64,000 nt of DNA from an uncultured Gammaproteobacteria bacterium (GCA_964599625.1 CAZRGC010000002.1:71883-135882), one strand, 5' to 3'; numbered from the stretch's first letter, positions 29,901 through 38,103 are shown. The notes: generated from the letters alone by a model not told the origin. Made by a program: numbers and translations.

Positions 29901-32900
29901 CTGGACAGTTATTGCCGCTTGCGTCACAGACCGCGTTTCCGTTTTGGAACAGATTTACTCCATAGATGTTATCCCAAGGAAGTGAGCCAGACCCCAAATC
30001 ATTTGTTCCTGTTGTTGTTATCGGAATCAAGTCGACATCCTGTGCCACTCGGCCTGTGAATGTGATTGTGTCTGTAATTGCATTACCCAGAGTTGAATCT
30101 CCATTGAGAGTGGTGTTGCCGGTTACGGATAGTCCGTTATTAACCGTTGTTGTTCCGCTACCTGCACCAATACCAAGTGTTGATGCATTAGTAAATATGT
30201 TTGCAGTAGTTTGAGATGTTGTTAGGTCACCACCGTTAACGGCAACGTCGCCTGCTGCGGTAACATTCCCTGAAGAATCAACAGTAAACACGGTACTTCC
30301 TGAGTTATCAAACCTCAAAAAGTTACCTGTGAAGTTGCCACCACCCGCATTGTCAAAATCCATAAAGATTCCATTACCAGAAAATGCATGCCCATCTCCA
30401 CCAGTCCCAAGTTTAACCAAGTTGCCTGTTGTTATCGCACTTGCTGTTGCTTCAAACACATTTCCTGTTGTTATTGCACTTGAGTTTAGTTTTGCTATAT
30501 CTCCACCAGCATTCTCAATTCCAAACACCTGGAATGCAGCACCCGTGGCATTTGAACCAACCGTTAGGTCGTAAGTTGAATTAGCAGGGGAGAGAACTTT
30601 GTTTGCAAGCTGCCACCAGCCTTGGGTTCCACTTGTTGCAGTTGAGGTGATATTCCCCGAACAGGTAAAGTTGCCTGTTGTTCCGTCAAGCGTACAACCT
30701 GTATCTCCACTTCCACCGGAGATTGCTACTAATCCACTGGAACCTGTTGGCCCGATATTTAGTGTTGTTGCGGCTCCTGCAAAGTTGATTGTTGTTGCAT
30801 TGGTATTCAAAAGGTTGGCAGTTCCTGCTGTTGTTGTTATATTTCCACCGTTTGCAGCTATATCATTGGCAACTATATTACCGCTGCCGTCAAAACGGTA
30901 GGTCGTACCTCCGCCAACCGAATAACCTGCCGAATTCTGTATATATCCTGAAACACCTGTCAGAGTATTTGAATTGGGGAGTGTGAATGTTCCTGTTGCT
31001 GTTAAATTAGCTCCGTTTGCAGTGAGTGCCGCTGAACCTCTGGAATTTATAACGACATTGCCAGTTGTTGATCCACCCAAAGTCAGATCCGACATGTTTG
31101 TTGTTGCCAAGTTTCCGTTGCCCGTCAGATATGTGGCTACATTTGCCACTGAACCTGCGATTGTTGCAGTAGGAACTCCAGATGCAACATTTGTGAATGC
31201 AAACTTTGCGGATGTTGTTGCATTTCCCCCTATAAGAAGATCTGTCGAGTTGTTGGTTGGGAAGAGTGCTCCCAGGCTTTGATTCCAGTAACCGGCTCCT
31301 GCAGGACAGTTGGCGCCGCTTGCGTCACAGACCGCATTTCCGTTTTGTACAAAAGCATCGGCATACACGTTGTCCCAAGGAAGCGAACCGCTTCCCAAGT
31401 CATTTGTTCCTGTTGTTGTTATAGGGATTAAATCGCTGTCTTGTGCAACACGACCTGTGAATGTGATTGTGTCTGTGATTGCGTTGCCGAAGACTGAATC
31501 TCCGTTAAGGTTTGTGCTGCCTGTAACACTTAATGCGTTGTTAACTGTTGTTGTTCCGCTACCTGCACCCAAACCAAGTGTTGTTGCATTCAAAAATACG
31601 TTAGCTGTTGTTTGATTAGTTGTAAGGTCGCCCCCGTTTACAGCTACATCACCGGCCGATGTTAGATTGCCGTTTGAATCAACTGTAAACACAGTACTTC
31701 CTGAGTTATCAAATCTCAAAAAGTTACCTGTGAAGTTGCCTCCGCCTGCATTATCGAGGTCTGCAAAGATAGCGTTACCTGAAAAAGAGTGTCCGTCTCC
31801 GCCTGTACCAAGTTTAACTAAGTTACCGGTCGTAATGGCGGAAGCTGTTGCTTCAAATACGTTTCCTGTTGTTATTACTGTTGAGTTAAGTTTGGCAATA
31901 TCACCACCTGTATTCTCGATTCCAAATACTTGGAATGCTGAGCCGGTTGCACTTCCTCCGACTGTTAGGTCGTAAGTTGAGTTAGCAGGGGAGAGAACTT
32001 TGTTTGCAAGCTGCCACCAACCCTGTGTTCCGGATGTTGCAGTTGAGGTGATGTTGCCGGAACAGGTGAAATTTCCTGTTGTTCCGTCAAGCGTACAACC
32101 TGTATCTCCACTTCCACCGGAGATTACAACCGTTCCACTGGAACCTGTTGGCCCGATATTTAGCGTTGTTGCGGCTCCTGCAAAGTTGATTGTTGTTGCA
32201 GTTGAATTTACAAGGTTAAAAGATGTTTGGTTTGTGGTGAGGGTTCCTCCGTTTACCGAGAGCGTATTGTTAACCGTTGTTGTTCCGCTGCCTGCACCAA
32301 TTCCCAAAGTTGTAGCATTTGTGAATAGGTTTGCAGTAGTTTGAGTGGTTGTCAGATCACCACCATTAACTGCAACATCTCCTGAACAGGTTAGATTTCC
32401 TGTAGCGTTTGCAATTGTACAACCTGTTGTGCCGCTTCCTCCCGCTATCTCAACATCTCCGGTTGATGAGTTGTTTAACTGTAAGTTGGCGGCGTTTCCG
32501 GAGTCGATTGTGAATACGCTCGCAGAGTTTGAATTTGTTATGGAATGAGTTCCAGATCCACTGAATGTTATGTCTGCACCTGTTCCGCTTTCTGTTATAC
32601 CTGTTGTTCCTTGAACGGTAAGATTTCCGGCAACAACAGTGGAAGCGTTATTGATTGTTGTTGTTCCGCTTGTGTTTCCGATTGATATTGTTGTTGCTGC
32701 AGCCCCAATATTCAAAGCTGTTGCGTTTGTGTTGAAAACGTTTGCGGTTGATGATGTTGTTGTCAAATTTCCGCTATTGGCCGCCACATCTCCTGCCGCC
32801 GTCATGTTACCGGAGGCATCAACTGTAAATCTTGTGCTTCCTGCGTTATCAAATCTTAAAAAGTTACCGGTAAACGAACTGCCTCCTGCGTTGTCAAAAT

Positions 32901-35900
32901 CCAAAAATATTCCGTTTCCTGTGAAATTGCCGCTATCTCCACCTGTCCCAAGTTTGATTATATTTCCGGATGTTATGGCACTGGCTGTGGCCTCAAATAC
33001 GTTTCCTGTTGTTATTACTGTTGAGTTAAGTTTGGCAATGTCACCATCTGTGTTTTCGATTCCAAACACTTGGAAAGCCGACCCTGTTGCTGTTCCACCA
33101 ATTGCCAAGTCATAAGAGGAGATAGAAGGCGAGATTATCTTGTTGTTTAGCTGCCAATAAGTTGCGTTTACAGGACAGTTGGCACCACTGCTATCACAGA
33201 CATTAAAACCATTTTGTACAAAAGCGTCTGCGTACACATTGTCCCAGGGCAAGGAAGAACTGCCCAAATCATTAGTTCCTGTTGTAGTTATCGGAATTAA
33301 GTCGTTGTCTTGTGCCACTCGTCCCGTGAATGTAATTGTGTCTGTGATTGCGTTTCCAAGAGTTGTATCGCCATTTACAACCAATGCATTATTAACTGTT
33401 GTTGTTCCTGATGCCGCACCCAAGTTAACTACTGTTGCAGCACCTCCAACGTTCAAAGTTGTTGCATTTGAGTTAAAAAGTGTTGCAGTTCCTGTCGAGC
33501 TTGTTGTTAAGTCGGCACCGTTTACCGCTACATCACCTGCAAAAGTTCCTGCATTGGCATTGATGTTTCCGCTTCCGTCGAAATAATAAGTTGTTGCCCC
33601 GCCTACAGAGAAGCCTGCCGACGACTGCAGATAGTTTGCAACACCTGTGAGTGTTATTGAGTTGGGGAGGTTAACGACACCTGTTGTTGTTATGTCACCA
33701 TTTGCTCCAACTGTAAATCTTGTGTTTCCTGCGTTGTCAAATTTAACAAAGTTTCCTGTAAAACTTCCTCCGCCTGTGTTGTCGAAATCTGCGTATATTC
33801 CGTTACCAGTAAAATTCTGATCTCCGCCTTCACCAAGTTTGACCAAGTTCCCCGAAGTTATTGCGGAAGATGTCGCACTCAACACGTTGCCTGTTGTGAT
33901 ACCTGTTGAATTAAGCGTTGCCAAATTGCCGCCAGAAGTTTCCAAAGCGTAGGCTTGGAATTTGGCTGAAGTTGTTGCGGTTCCACCGACTGCCAAATCA
34001 TGTGTAATATTGGCAGGGGAGAGAACTTTGTTGTTAAGTTGCCAATAATTCACGGATGAACTTGCCGGACAGCCCGATCCAGTTATGTCACAGACTGCGT
34101 TACCGTTTTGATACAGGTTTGTTCCGTATATATTTGCCCATTGAAGAGCGCCACTTCCCAAATCATAAGTGTTGTTGGTTATGGGTAAGACGTTTGTGTT
34201 TACTCTTCCCACAAAAGAAATTCCGTCTGTAATGGCATCGCCCAAAGTTGTGTCACCTTTGACCAAGAGAGAATTGTTGAGGGTTGTCGTTCCGGAAATT
34301 GCCCCGATGTTGATTGCAGTTGCAGCACCTGCAAAGTTAACAGTTGTTGAGTTGGTGTTTATTAACGAAAAACTTGTTTCGTCTGTAGTTATCGACGAGC
34401 CATTTACTGCCAATGCATTATTAACTGTTGTTGTTCCGCTGCCTGCACCAATTCCCAAAGTTGATGCATTTGTGAATAAGTTTCCCGTAGTTTGAGTTGT
34501 TGTCAGGTCACCGCCGTTGACCGCAACATCTCCCGCTGCGGTAACATTCCCAGAAGCGTCAACTAAAAAGTTTGTTGCTCCTGCATTATCAAATCTCAAA
34601 AAGTTTCCTGTAAAACTTCCTCCGCCAGTATTGTCAAAATCTGCATAAATTCCATTTCCTGTAAAGTTTTGATTTCCACCCTCGCCGAGTTTGATTATAT
34701 TTCCTGATGTTATGGCACTGGCTGTTGCTTCAAAAACATTTCCTGATGTGATTACACCAGAAGTGATTTTAGCCAGGTTGCCTGTGGTCTTTTCTACTCC
34801 AAACACCTGGAAGGCCGAACCTGTTGCACTTCCTCCAACTGTCAAATCATAAGTGGAATTGGCAGGGGAGAGAACTTTGTTGTTAAGCTGCCACCATCCT
34901 TGAGTTCCGCTTGTAGCCAGTGAGGTGATGCTCCCGGAACAAGTGAAATTTCCGCTGGATCCGTCTAGCGTACAACCTGTGTCTCCGCTTCCACCCGAGA
35001 GTGTTATTACACCAGCGCCTCCGTTTGGACCAATGTTAAGTGTATTGGCAGCGCCTGCAAAATTAATCGTTGTTGCATTTGTGTTAAAAAGTGTGGCACT
35101 CGAAGCACTTGTTGTAAGGTCGCCTCCGTTAACTGCAACATCTCCGCCAAATGTTCCGGCGTTTGCGTTAAGATCTCCGCTTGCAGAAAAGTTGTATGTA
35201 TCACTTCCTCCAACAGATACACCCTGAGATAATCTTAGGAAGTTGCTAACGCCTGTGATTGTGTTTGTGTTGGGGAAGGTAAATGTCCCAACAGTTGTAA
35301 GGTTGGCTCCATTTGCTGTTAGGGCGGCCACACCCCTGGAATTTATGTTGATATTACCTGTTGTTGATCCACCCAAAGTCAGGTCCGACATGTTTGTTGT
35401 TGCAAGATTGCCATTGCCAGTCAGATATGTGGCAACATTAGCGACAGATCCAGCAATGCTTGCGGTGGGAGTTCCTCCGTTAACTCCTGTAAACGCAAAC
35501 TTTGCGGAGCTTGTGGCATTTGAACCTATGAGAACATCTACTGAATTATTTTTGGGGAAGAGGGCTCCGTTTGTTTGTGTCCAGAATATTGAAGCTGCAG
35601 CCGCTGCAGAAGGGTCAACCCAAGACAAAGCCCCGGCACCGTCAGTTTGCAAAATATAACCTGAACTTTGCGAACCAGGCCAGGTGTAGGGGATTCCGCC
35701 AAAAGTTGTAGTACCACTTACAACCAGATTGTTATTTATTGTTGTACTTCCGGTTCCAGCTCCAAGGCTTAGTGACGTTGCGCCACCGCCAATGTTTAAA
35801 GCTGTCACCCCTGAGTTCAGTAAGTTAAATGTTCCCGATGTTGAAGTTATGTCGCCGCCGTTTACCGCCAAATCGCCTGCTGTTGTTGTATTGCCGTTTG

Positions 35901-38097
35901 CAACATTAACACTGAAGTTTGCACCGCCAACTGTGAGGTTTGCACCCGTAACGTCGACACCGCTTGTTGCGTCTACATTCCCGGCGATTGTTACTTGGCC
36001 TGTTGAATTAAGGCTTATTTCACCTGTTCCGCTTGTTGAAAGTGTTAACCCGGCAGTTGCTATGTCAGTGTTTGCGTCCAATGTCAGATTGTCTTTAAGC
36101 TGCGCAAAATCAAACGAATCGTTTGCAACTGAAACGTTTCCGGAAGAAACTGTAAAAAAGTTGGGGTCAAACGAGGCCACACCCACAGTGGATGTTGTAG
36201 CATTTGACCCTGTTACTGTAAGGGTGCTTCCTGATTGGGAAGTTGTGATTCCGTTTGATCCCGCAATTGTTTGGGTTCCGCCCAAGGCCACAGCTGACGA
36301 GCCGCTGTCACCCGCAAAAGTTATAGAGTTATTGGCGAGTTCGCTATTGGCAACACATCCAGTACAAGTTATTTCGGATGCTGTTATCGTTCCTGTTCCA
36401 GAGAAGGTGAGTGAGGATCCTGTTCCCACAACCATAGCTGCAGCTGTATTGGTTCCACTTGTCAGGTCTGCAAAAGAACCGGAAAAAGAACTGGTGCCTG
36501 TTGCTACCAATACCCAAGTTGCGCCGTCCCAGTAATAAATTTTGTCATCTCCGGAGTTGTAAACAATCGAACCTTCGCCAATTGCCGAAGGATTTGTTGT
36601 GAATCTGCCGAGTTGCAACTGCCCGTTAAAGATTGCGTTTCCTGTGTTTACTTTAAGCGCGGCCGCGTCGTTCCAGCCGTCATATCTATTGAGCACAAGT
36701 GTTGAGTAGCTTGAGTTTGCAGTGGTTGGTTTTCCTCTTTCATCAAGTGTCAAAGTCATTAAGTCGTTGAGCGCTCCGCCGGTAGCTGGCTTTTTGACTA
36801 TCGAGGCATATTCTCCGGCTCCTTGGTTTATTGTGAAGTTGCCAGAGTTTTGGGAGTATCCTGTTATGTTTTCCAGAGCACCGGCGCCTGTTAGTCTTTG
36901 TACGCCGCCTGTTGATATGTCGTTTTTAACTAGTAAATCGTCGCCAACTGTCAGGTCCCCGGCGGTAAAAGTGTTTCCAACCGCGTCTATCGTGAACTTG
37001 GATGTCATTTTGGGGGAGCCTGACTGAAGGTTCATCAAGTAATAACCAGTTGAGTTGTTTGGAACCATTCCGTAATAGAGTGATCCACTCGTTAGGTTGG
37101 GACCTTGTACATTCAAAAGGTCGCCTTTGTTGGCTTCAAACAAAAAGTGAACATATCCTTTGCCGTCAGGATTTACTTCAATGTTTCCGTCGCTTCCGTC
37201 TGCTGTTTTAATTGTCACCGCCTGACCTTCCATTAAGAAGTTGCCAGTCTTGGCTTTGATTGCGGGGGATTCACCTGCAAGCATTAATGCGCCATCGCTA
37301 TTGATTATGGGAACTGTCAGTGGACCGGCACCAACTGAAGGTTCAGCCGCCAAATAACCATTGAGGTTTGTAGAGGTATTGGCAGTGTTAACAGGAATTC
37401 TCATAACTCCAGATGAAGAACCAATTGATGGTTCCAAAAACAGTTTGTCGTTTTTGAAAAAAAGATCTGTTGGAACTTGATCCAAAGATATCAAAGCAGA
37501 ACCATTTGCATCAGTTTTTATCTGTTGAGCTGGGGATGAATAAAGTTCTGCACCTCCTGCAGATTGATTGTAAAGTTTGAAGGAGAGTGTTTCTGTGCCA
37601 ACTCTTGGGCTCCCGTTTGAATCTGTTAATGTCAGCTTTGCAAAAAGATTCCAGTAAGAATTAACCGCAGTATTTGCGGAAATGGCAATTGGCGAGCTTG
37701 ATGGGGATGGGGCAGCTGGGTTTACTGTAACAGTCTGCACTCTTGTATTCGGAACAGACTCGGCAGCGGGTGTAATTGTGAAGGGGATTGCGAATTGCAA
37801 CTTCCAAGTAAGAAGAAACAAAACAACAATTAAAGCACCGGTAAGAGTAAGTGTCATGAATACTCTTGGGTTTTTTTTCTTTGCGGGGGTAACGATTGTG
37901 TAGGGATTTGAATTCTCCACAACCGGCTTTGGTTGACTCAATGGATTGGAATCAATGTGACCTTGATTTTGAGCCCAGTCAAAAAATCTGTTAAGTGAAA
38001 TCTGTTTTCTCTTGAGTGTTGCAGCAGAAGAATTTTTCCCAATCTGTTCTTGATAGGCTTTTACTAATTCGGGTGATACGTTGGGTAGTTTTGCCAT
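20914..38097 (-). CDS. Giant (5727 aa) membrane-anchored surface protein. It has an N-terminal integrase-SAM-like half-domain, one TM helix, a T/G/N/S-rich repeat region, a LamG-like domain and a conserved C-terminal domain.
   Basis: Single uninterrupted ORF. The N-terminus ATLKRKQISLNRFFDWAQNQGHIDSNPL is SAM-like. TM is VFMTLTLTGALIVVLFLLTW. At least 6 copies of the module ITFTGRVAQDxDLIPITTTGTNDLGSGSLPWDNVY...CDASGANCPAG. One LamG/ConA-like domain (WFKH...WHHLVAVKD...IYLYIDG). The C-terminal ~350 aa are shared with the 46804..58254 protein and end in FNWWIVQTE. Confidence 0.85.
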   Translation of the reverse strand: MAKLPNVSPELVKAYQEQIGKNSSAATLKRKQISLNRFFDWAQNQGHIDSNPLSQPKPVVENSNPYTIVTPAKKKNPRVFMTLTLTGALIVVLFLLTWKLQFAIPFTITPAAESVPNTRVQTVTVNPAAPSPSSSPIAISANTAVNSYWNLFAKLTLTDSNGSPRVGTETLSFKLYNQSAGGAELYSSPAQQIKTDANGSALISLDQVPTDLFFKNDKLFLEPSIGSSSGVMRIPVNTANTSTNLNGYLAAEPSVGAGPLTVPIINSDGALMLAGESPAIKAKTGNFLMEGQAVTIKTADGSDGNIEVNPDGKGYVHFLFEANKGDLLNVQGPNLTSGSLYYGMVPNNSTGYYLMNLQSGSPKMTSKFTIDAVGNTFTAGDLTVGDDLLVKNDISTGGVQRLTGAGALENITGYSQNSGNFTINQGAGEYASIVKKPATGGALNDLMTLTLDERGKPTTANSSYSTLVLNRYDGWNDAAALKVNTGNAIFNGQLQLGRFTTNPSAIGEGSIVYNSGDDKIYYWDGATWVLVATGTSSFSGSFADLTSGTNTAAAMVVGTGSSLTFSGTGTITASEITCTGCVANSELANNSITFAGDSGSSAVALGGTQTIAGSNGITTSQSGSTLTVTGSNATTSTVGVASFDPNFFTVSSGNVSVANDSFDFAQLKDNLTLDANTDIATAGLTLSTSGTGEISLNSTGQVTIAGNVDATSGVDVTGANLTVGGANFSVNVANGNTTTAGDLAVNGGDITSTSGTFNLLNSGVTALNIGGGATSLSLGAGTGSTTINNNLVVSGTTTFGGIPYTWPGSQSSGYILQTDGAGALSWVDPSAAAAASIFWTQTNGALFPKNNSVDVLIGSNATSSAKFAFTGVNGGTPTASIAGSVANVATYLTGNGNLATTNMSDLTLGGSTTGNININSRGVAALTANGANLTTVGTFTFPNTNTITGVSNFLRLSQGVSVGGSDTYNFSASGDLNANAGTFGGDVAVNGGDLTTSASSATLFNTNATTINFAGAANTLNIGPNGGAGVITLSGGSGDTGCTLDGSSGNFTCSGSITSLATSGTQGWWQLNNKVLSPANSTYDLTVGGSATGSAFQVFGVEKTTGNLAKITSGVITSGNVFEATASAITSGNIIKLGEGGNQNFTGNGIYADFDNTGGGSFTGNFLRFDNAGATNFLVDASGNVTAAGDVAVNGGDLTTTQTTGNLFTNASTLGIGAGSGTTTVNNALAVNGSSITTDETSFSLINTNSTTVNFAGAATAINIGAISGTTTLNNSLLVKGDTTLGDAITDGISFVGRVNTNVLPITNNTYDLGSGALQWANIYGTNLYQNGNAVCDITGSGCPASSSVNYWQLNNKVLSPANITHDLAVGGTATTSAKFQAYALETSGGNLATLNSTGITTGNVLSATSSAITSGNLVKLGEGGDQNFTGNGIYADFDNTGGGSFTGNFVKFDNAGNTRFTVGANGDITTTGVVNLPNSITLTGVANYLQSSAGFSVGGATTYYFDGSGNINANAGTFAGDVAVNGADLTTSSTGTATLFNSNATTLNVGGAATVVNLGAASGTTTVNNALVVNGDTTLGNAITDTITFTGRVAQDNDLIPITTTGTNDLGSSSLPWDNVYADAFVQNGFNVCDSSGANCPVNATYWQLNNKIISPSISSYDLAIGGTATGSAFQVFGIENTDGDIAKLNSTVITTGNVFEATASAITSGNIIKLGTGGDSGNFTGNGIFLDFDNAGGSSFTGNFLRFDNAGSTRFTVDASGNMTAAGDVAANSGNLTTTSSTANVFNTNATALNIGAAATTISIGNTSGTTTINNASTVVAGNLTVQGTTGITESGTGADITFSGSGTHSITNSNSASVFTIDSGNAANLQLNNSSTGDVEIAGGSGTTGCTIANATGNLTCSGDVAVNGGDLTTTQTTANLFTNATTLGIGAGSGTTTVNNTLSVNGGTLTTNQTSFNLVNSTATTINFAGAATTLNIGPTGSSGTVVISGGSGDTGCTLDGTTGNFTCSGNITSTATSGTQGWWQLANKVLSPANSTYDLTVGGSATGSAFQVFGIENTGGDIAKLNSTVITTGNVFEATASAITTGNLVKLGTGGDGHSFSGNAIFADLDNAGGGNFTGNFLRFDNSGSTVFTVDSNGNLTSAGDVAVNGGDLTTNQTTANVFLNATTLGLGAGSGTTTVNNALSVTGSTNLNGDSVFGNAITDTITFTGRVAQDSDLIPITTTGTNDLGSGSLPWDNVYADAFVQNGNAVCDASGANCPAGAGYWNQSLGALFPTNNSTDLLIGGNATTSAKFAFTNVASGVPTATIAGSVANVATYLTGNGNLATTNMSDLTLGGSTTGNVVINSRGSAALTANGANLTATGTFTLPNSNTLTGVSGYIQNSAGYSVGGGTTYRFDGSGNIVANDIAANGGNITTTAGTANLLNTNATTINFAGAATTLNIGPTGSSGLVAISGGSGDTGCTLDGTTGNFTCSGNITSTATSGTQGWWQLANKVLSPANSTYDLTVGSNATGAAFQVFGIENAGGDIAKLNSSAITTGNVFEATASAITTGNLVKLGTGGDGHAFSGNGIFMDFDNAGGGNFTGNFLRFDNSGSTVFTVDSSGNVTAAGDVAVNGGDLTTSQTTANIFTNASTLGIGAGSGTTTVNNGLSVTGNTTLNGDSTLGNAITDTITFTGRVAQDVDLIPITTTGTNDLGSGSLPWDNIYGVNLFQNGNAVCDASGNNCPAGAGYWAQALGALYNVNNTVDLLVGSNATSSAKFAFINVASGVPTASVSGSVADVATYLTGNGNLATTNMSDLTLGGSETGNVVINSRGSVALTANGANLTATGTFTLPNSNSLTGVSGYLQNSAGYSVGGGTTFHFDSSGNIVASDVAVNGGDITSSGALNITPTGALVAGVTTQPITLQGSTASLTSNGAGNDISLTSADQIILNAGTSVEIVDNTNITGDLDVSGTLTSGTGNAFQVDANGNLSSTGTTGLTLTGADSDITFATGASNHDITATAGTLRLGAFTLLGAITGNNQNVTGLGDLSVNGNTTLGDAITDTITFTGRVAQDVDLIPITTTGTNDLGSASLPWDNVYGVAFTQNGFGVCDASGNNCPAGSLYWQLNNKIISPANSTYDLTIGGTATGSAFQVFGVETASGDIAKLNSTVITSGNVFEATASAITTGNLVKLGTGGDNGNFTGNGIFMDFDNTGGSSFTGNFLRFDNAGATQFTVNSAGNISTLGDAAINGGDITSSGALNITPGGALVIGATGQTTTLQGSVVNVTANGAGNDLTLTSSDQVILVSGSTIELQDNTNVTGNLDISGTLTSGTGDAFQIDANGNISSTGTTGITLTGADSDFTFATGAGNHDITASSGTLRLGALTLTGAITGNNQNVTDLGDLSVNGNTTLGDAITDTITFTGRVAQDVDLIPITTTGTNDLGSGSLPWDNVYANAFTQNGFAVCDSSGANCPAGASHWALLNQTLYPSNQTYDVVVGGNSTSSAKFLAYGIENTNGGIAKLNSSVITTGNVFEATASAITTGNLVKLGSGGDGHAFSGNAIFADLDNAGGGNFSGNFLRFDNSGTTYYTVDSTGNVSLAGTTGQTFTGAAAGISFTGTGIHSISNSQSGSILRLDSGNSSALQLNNISAGDVEIAGGSASTGCTIANSTGNLTCTGDVAVNGGDLTTTQTTANLFTNASTLGIGAGSGTTTVNNALAVNGASITTDETSFSLLNATTTTLNFAGAATTLNIGPTGSGTASIVFEGGSGDTGCTMDGANGNLTCSGAITTTATSGTQGWWQLANKVLSPANSTYDLTVGGNATGSAFQVFGIENAIGDIAKINSTVVTTGNIFEATASAITSGNIIKLGQAGPANFTGNGLSFDFDNTGGGSFTGNFIYATNSLATMFIVDASGNVTANGDLAVNGSDITTTGSGPATIFNTNATSLSLGGAATTALNIGNGSGNYSAINIGSGNGDNTVNVATGTGNNSVNISTGGTGTNNVAIGGETGTTNLIVTSGSDTSDITTIYGLGLTSGNFLAMRSDDNRTAFAWNDQDTNIAGQKDQTQIANLTDTFVYDTTQDPDGGLWRNDERAKGSSWYNEASGATRGSRREFPEKAILVSTTTALYIYDAKDNSLWMEFDKGSGVTEQMIGATTSSTGSSTFGLNGKIYYTANSSSGALFVIDFKVDRAQKFNSTNDFYSDKNIANRNTTVTWTSGPSSPIADSAANDVHARTYRGKTYVAVATDTGVSVINETDNVVYSYSDATNDDYNTALISQTGDMYALNETSQQLERWNSVVTDSASELNGTPDNVWDETGVKIAGAGAVAGPYLFASAQTINVSPSDLAVTTGTSKIDGKSDTIFVGHNGGLTVIDDKKGDESNGSAKYYNSSYISEQMIGDIRGSWTFNGSGTIADNANATDVSVKGNVLDADNANGTGFTYASGVRGTGVTLDNTDDFFCSDANNDNTCDTDSDYDFGTGSFSVSTWFKHSVSAPPAAPNDDVIIDHTYNTTPAAVLGWKIWMNSAGTITFGIDDDATWTNADPTDDQATTSRTFLDNSWHHLVAVKDSTNAIYLYIDGELAASDVSLTATGTLTGTGVILGVGADCSTGAACATGANFWNGDLDELTITAEAMTVSQIKKMYQVGQRALSSHNASAIANVTADNYQRLMGNASGGTSTSNRVMSVGIDSGSQFIYAGINDASGNTGGVTVVGIDSDSAVDLYDNTANTTKDSDNSTQYSANDVISLSVAGFPCIAYNSGSSSCDTKATLSIAGIDGSGNNQAWMETTNTSLYSTLATLTSPNQTKNAVTVNNVFQVYNNYNNITNTTTGEVIQTPAMSVDSNGNFTYNYFGPSTSANAMTYTDSANLTTGDLFNIVASNALTTGNVIDINSAVYTQTAANTGSLVNLALSNTSSNTSGNSIVNGLNITGTLNTTGATGTKEFNMFNVSAPTLTGCTGGTCAYSGLKVSPASAGSGITEYGINIANLSGAGAGTETALSIGSGWDTDIALVDTSPIITIGDGGTLSLTDGTNTLAQLYDAGTAGVLGVSKNLLVGTVTGLTTRTFSRFSTADTTSDHALSTAGDVLINGNLEVDTGLYLDGKNIYNTNGTATIVLCTGQSGAACATTSALENTLSAGSWVIDNQSNVGEPALAVNNGKGGDLIVASAGGVLRFRVATNGDVFLGDNSGTDLTVGGGTGKIDVGTVDPPYTINGKKYATYLASMIGVKEEVSGSTQTTEYLPGVGYRTVIDFNAQPEGSDLWLFGKTTNMNENIGKLTALLTPNFPTKTWYEVDQSNKRVNIYSAMPAQISYRLTGPRFDAANWLNTRTEGVAGFIINNADIVTNFAENIQAARLGDFVIEKVSDGMGIATYSLKNASGQVIDGIESIGNFVAANIKTGALQAEEIATQTINATQISAQDMLISMGLIAPDFKTKLIAPLAEETDITVQIGSATESGRLAITNAQNEEVASISSTGDATFSGELYARNIHSENLDQIRDILTQVQEDQALLSESQNWNTSTSTASGSFGQLATADLYVTNQAALNSLSVTQTATIGNDLVIASTGINTLSEPLKIQDLALAPVEIMAGLVTIDTSGNVAIAGNLDVAGTVSTSTLAVKDISGNQVSSIDASGSATFASVNVSQIIVAGAQDATNSAVVNGEIHTNSTVGKGVLPANSADITIRNPKVNDYTFVYITPTSNTQNNVLYIKEKGNGYFKVGFTSPIPEDTNFNWWIVQTE
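24190..24850 (-). other. LamG/Concanavalin-A-like lectin domain within the giant protein.
   Basis: FGTGSFSVSTWFKHSV...GWKIWMNSAGTITFGIDDD...NSWHHLVAVKDSTNAIYLYIDGELAA...GDLDELTITAEAMTVSQIKKMYQ. Same architecture as the repeats in 58256..63193. Confidence 0.6.
26300..35700. repeat. Intragenic tandem repeats (period about 1.1-1.3 kb) inside the giant gene, with near-identical stretches of about 90 nt.
   Basis: The string ccaaatcatttgttcctgttgttgttatcggaatcaagtcgacatcctgtgccactcggcctgtgaatgtgattgtgtctgtaattgcat recurs almost exactly at about 27.80, 28.87 and 29.99 kb. Diverged copies lie at about 31.39 and 33.26 kb. Confidence 0.8.
37950..38097 (-). other. Cytoplasmic integrase-N-terminal SAM-like (core-binding) half-domain at the N-terminus of the giant protein.
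   Basis: VSPELVKAYQEQIGKNSSAATLKRKQISLNRFFDWAQNQGHIDSNPL matches the C-terminal half of XerD/phage-integrase N-terminal domains (sinrrlsalrsFf.wl...g....nP). Confidence 0.5.
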
Positions 38098-38103
38098 ATA
38101 TTT

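Noticed and set aside
26300-35700. Regularly spaced repeats that could be mistaken for a CRISPR array or IS copies.
   Set aside because: The period is about 1.1-1.3 kb and the repeats are in-frame segments of one protein-coding ORF. There are no short direct repeats with unique spacers, no cas genes and no transposase.
21068-37211. Dozens of 60-270-aa + strand ORFs antisense to the 5727-aa giant gene (many Pro/Val-rich translations such as 35729..36535).
   Set aside because: They lie entirely within, and antisense to, a long uninterrupted ORF with coherent repeat and domain structure. Their Pro/Val/Ala-rich products are the typical frame artefacts of antisense Thr/Gly/Asn-rich coding sequence.
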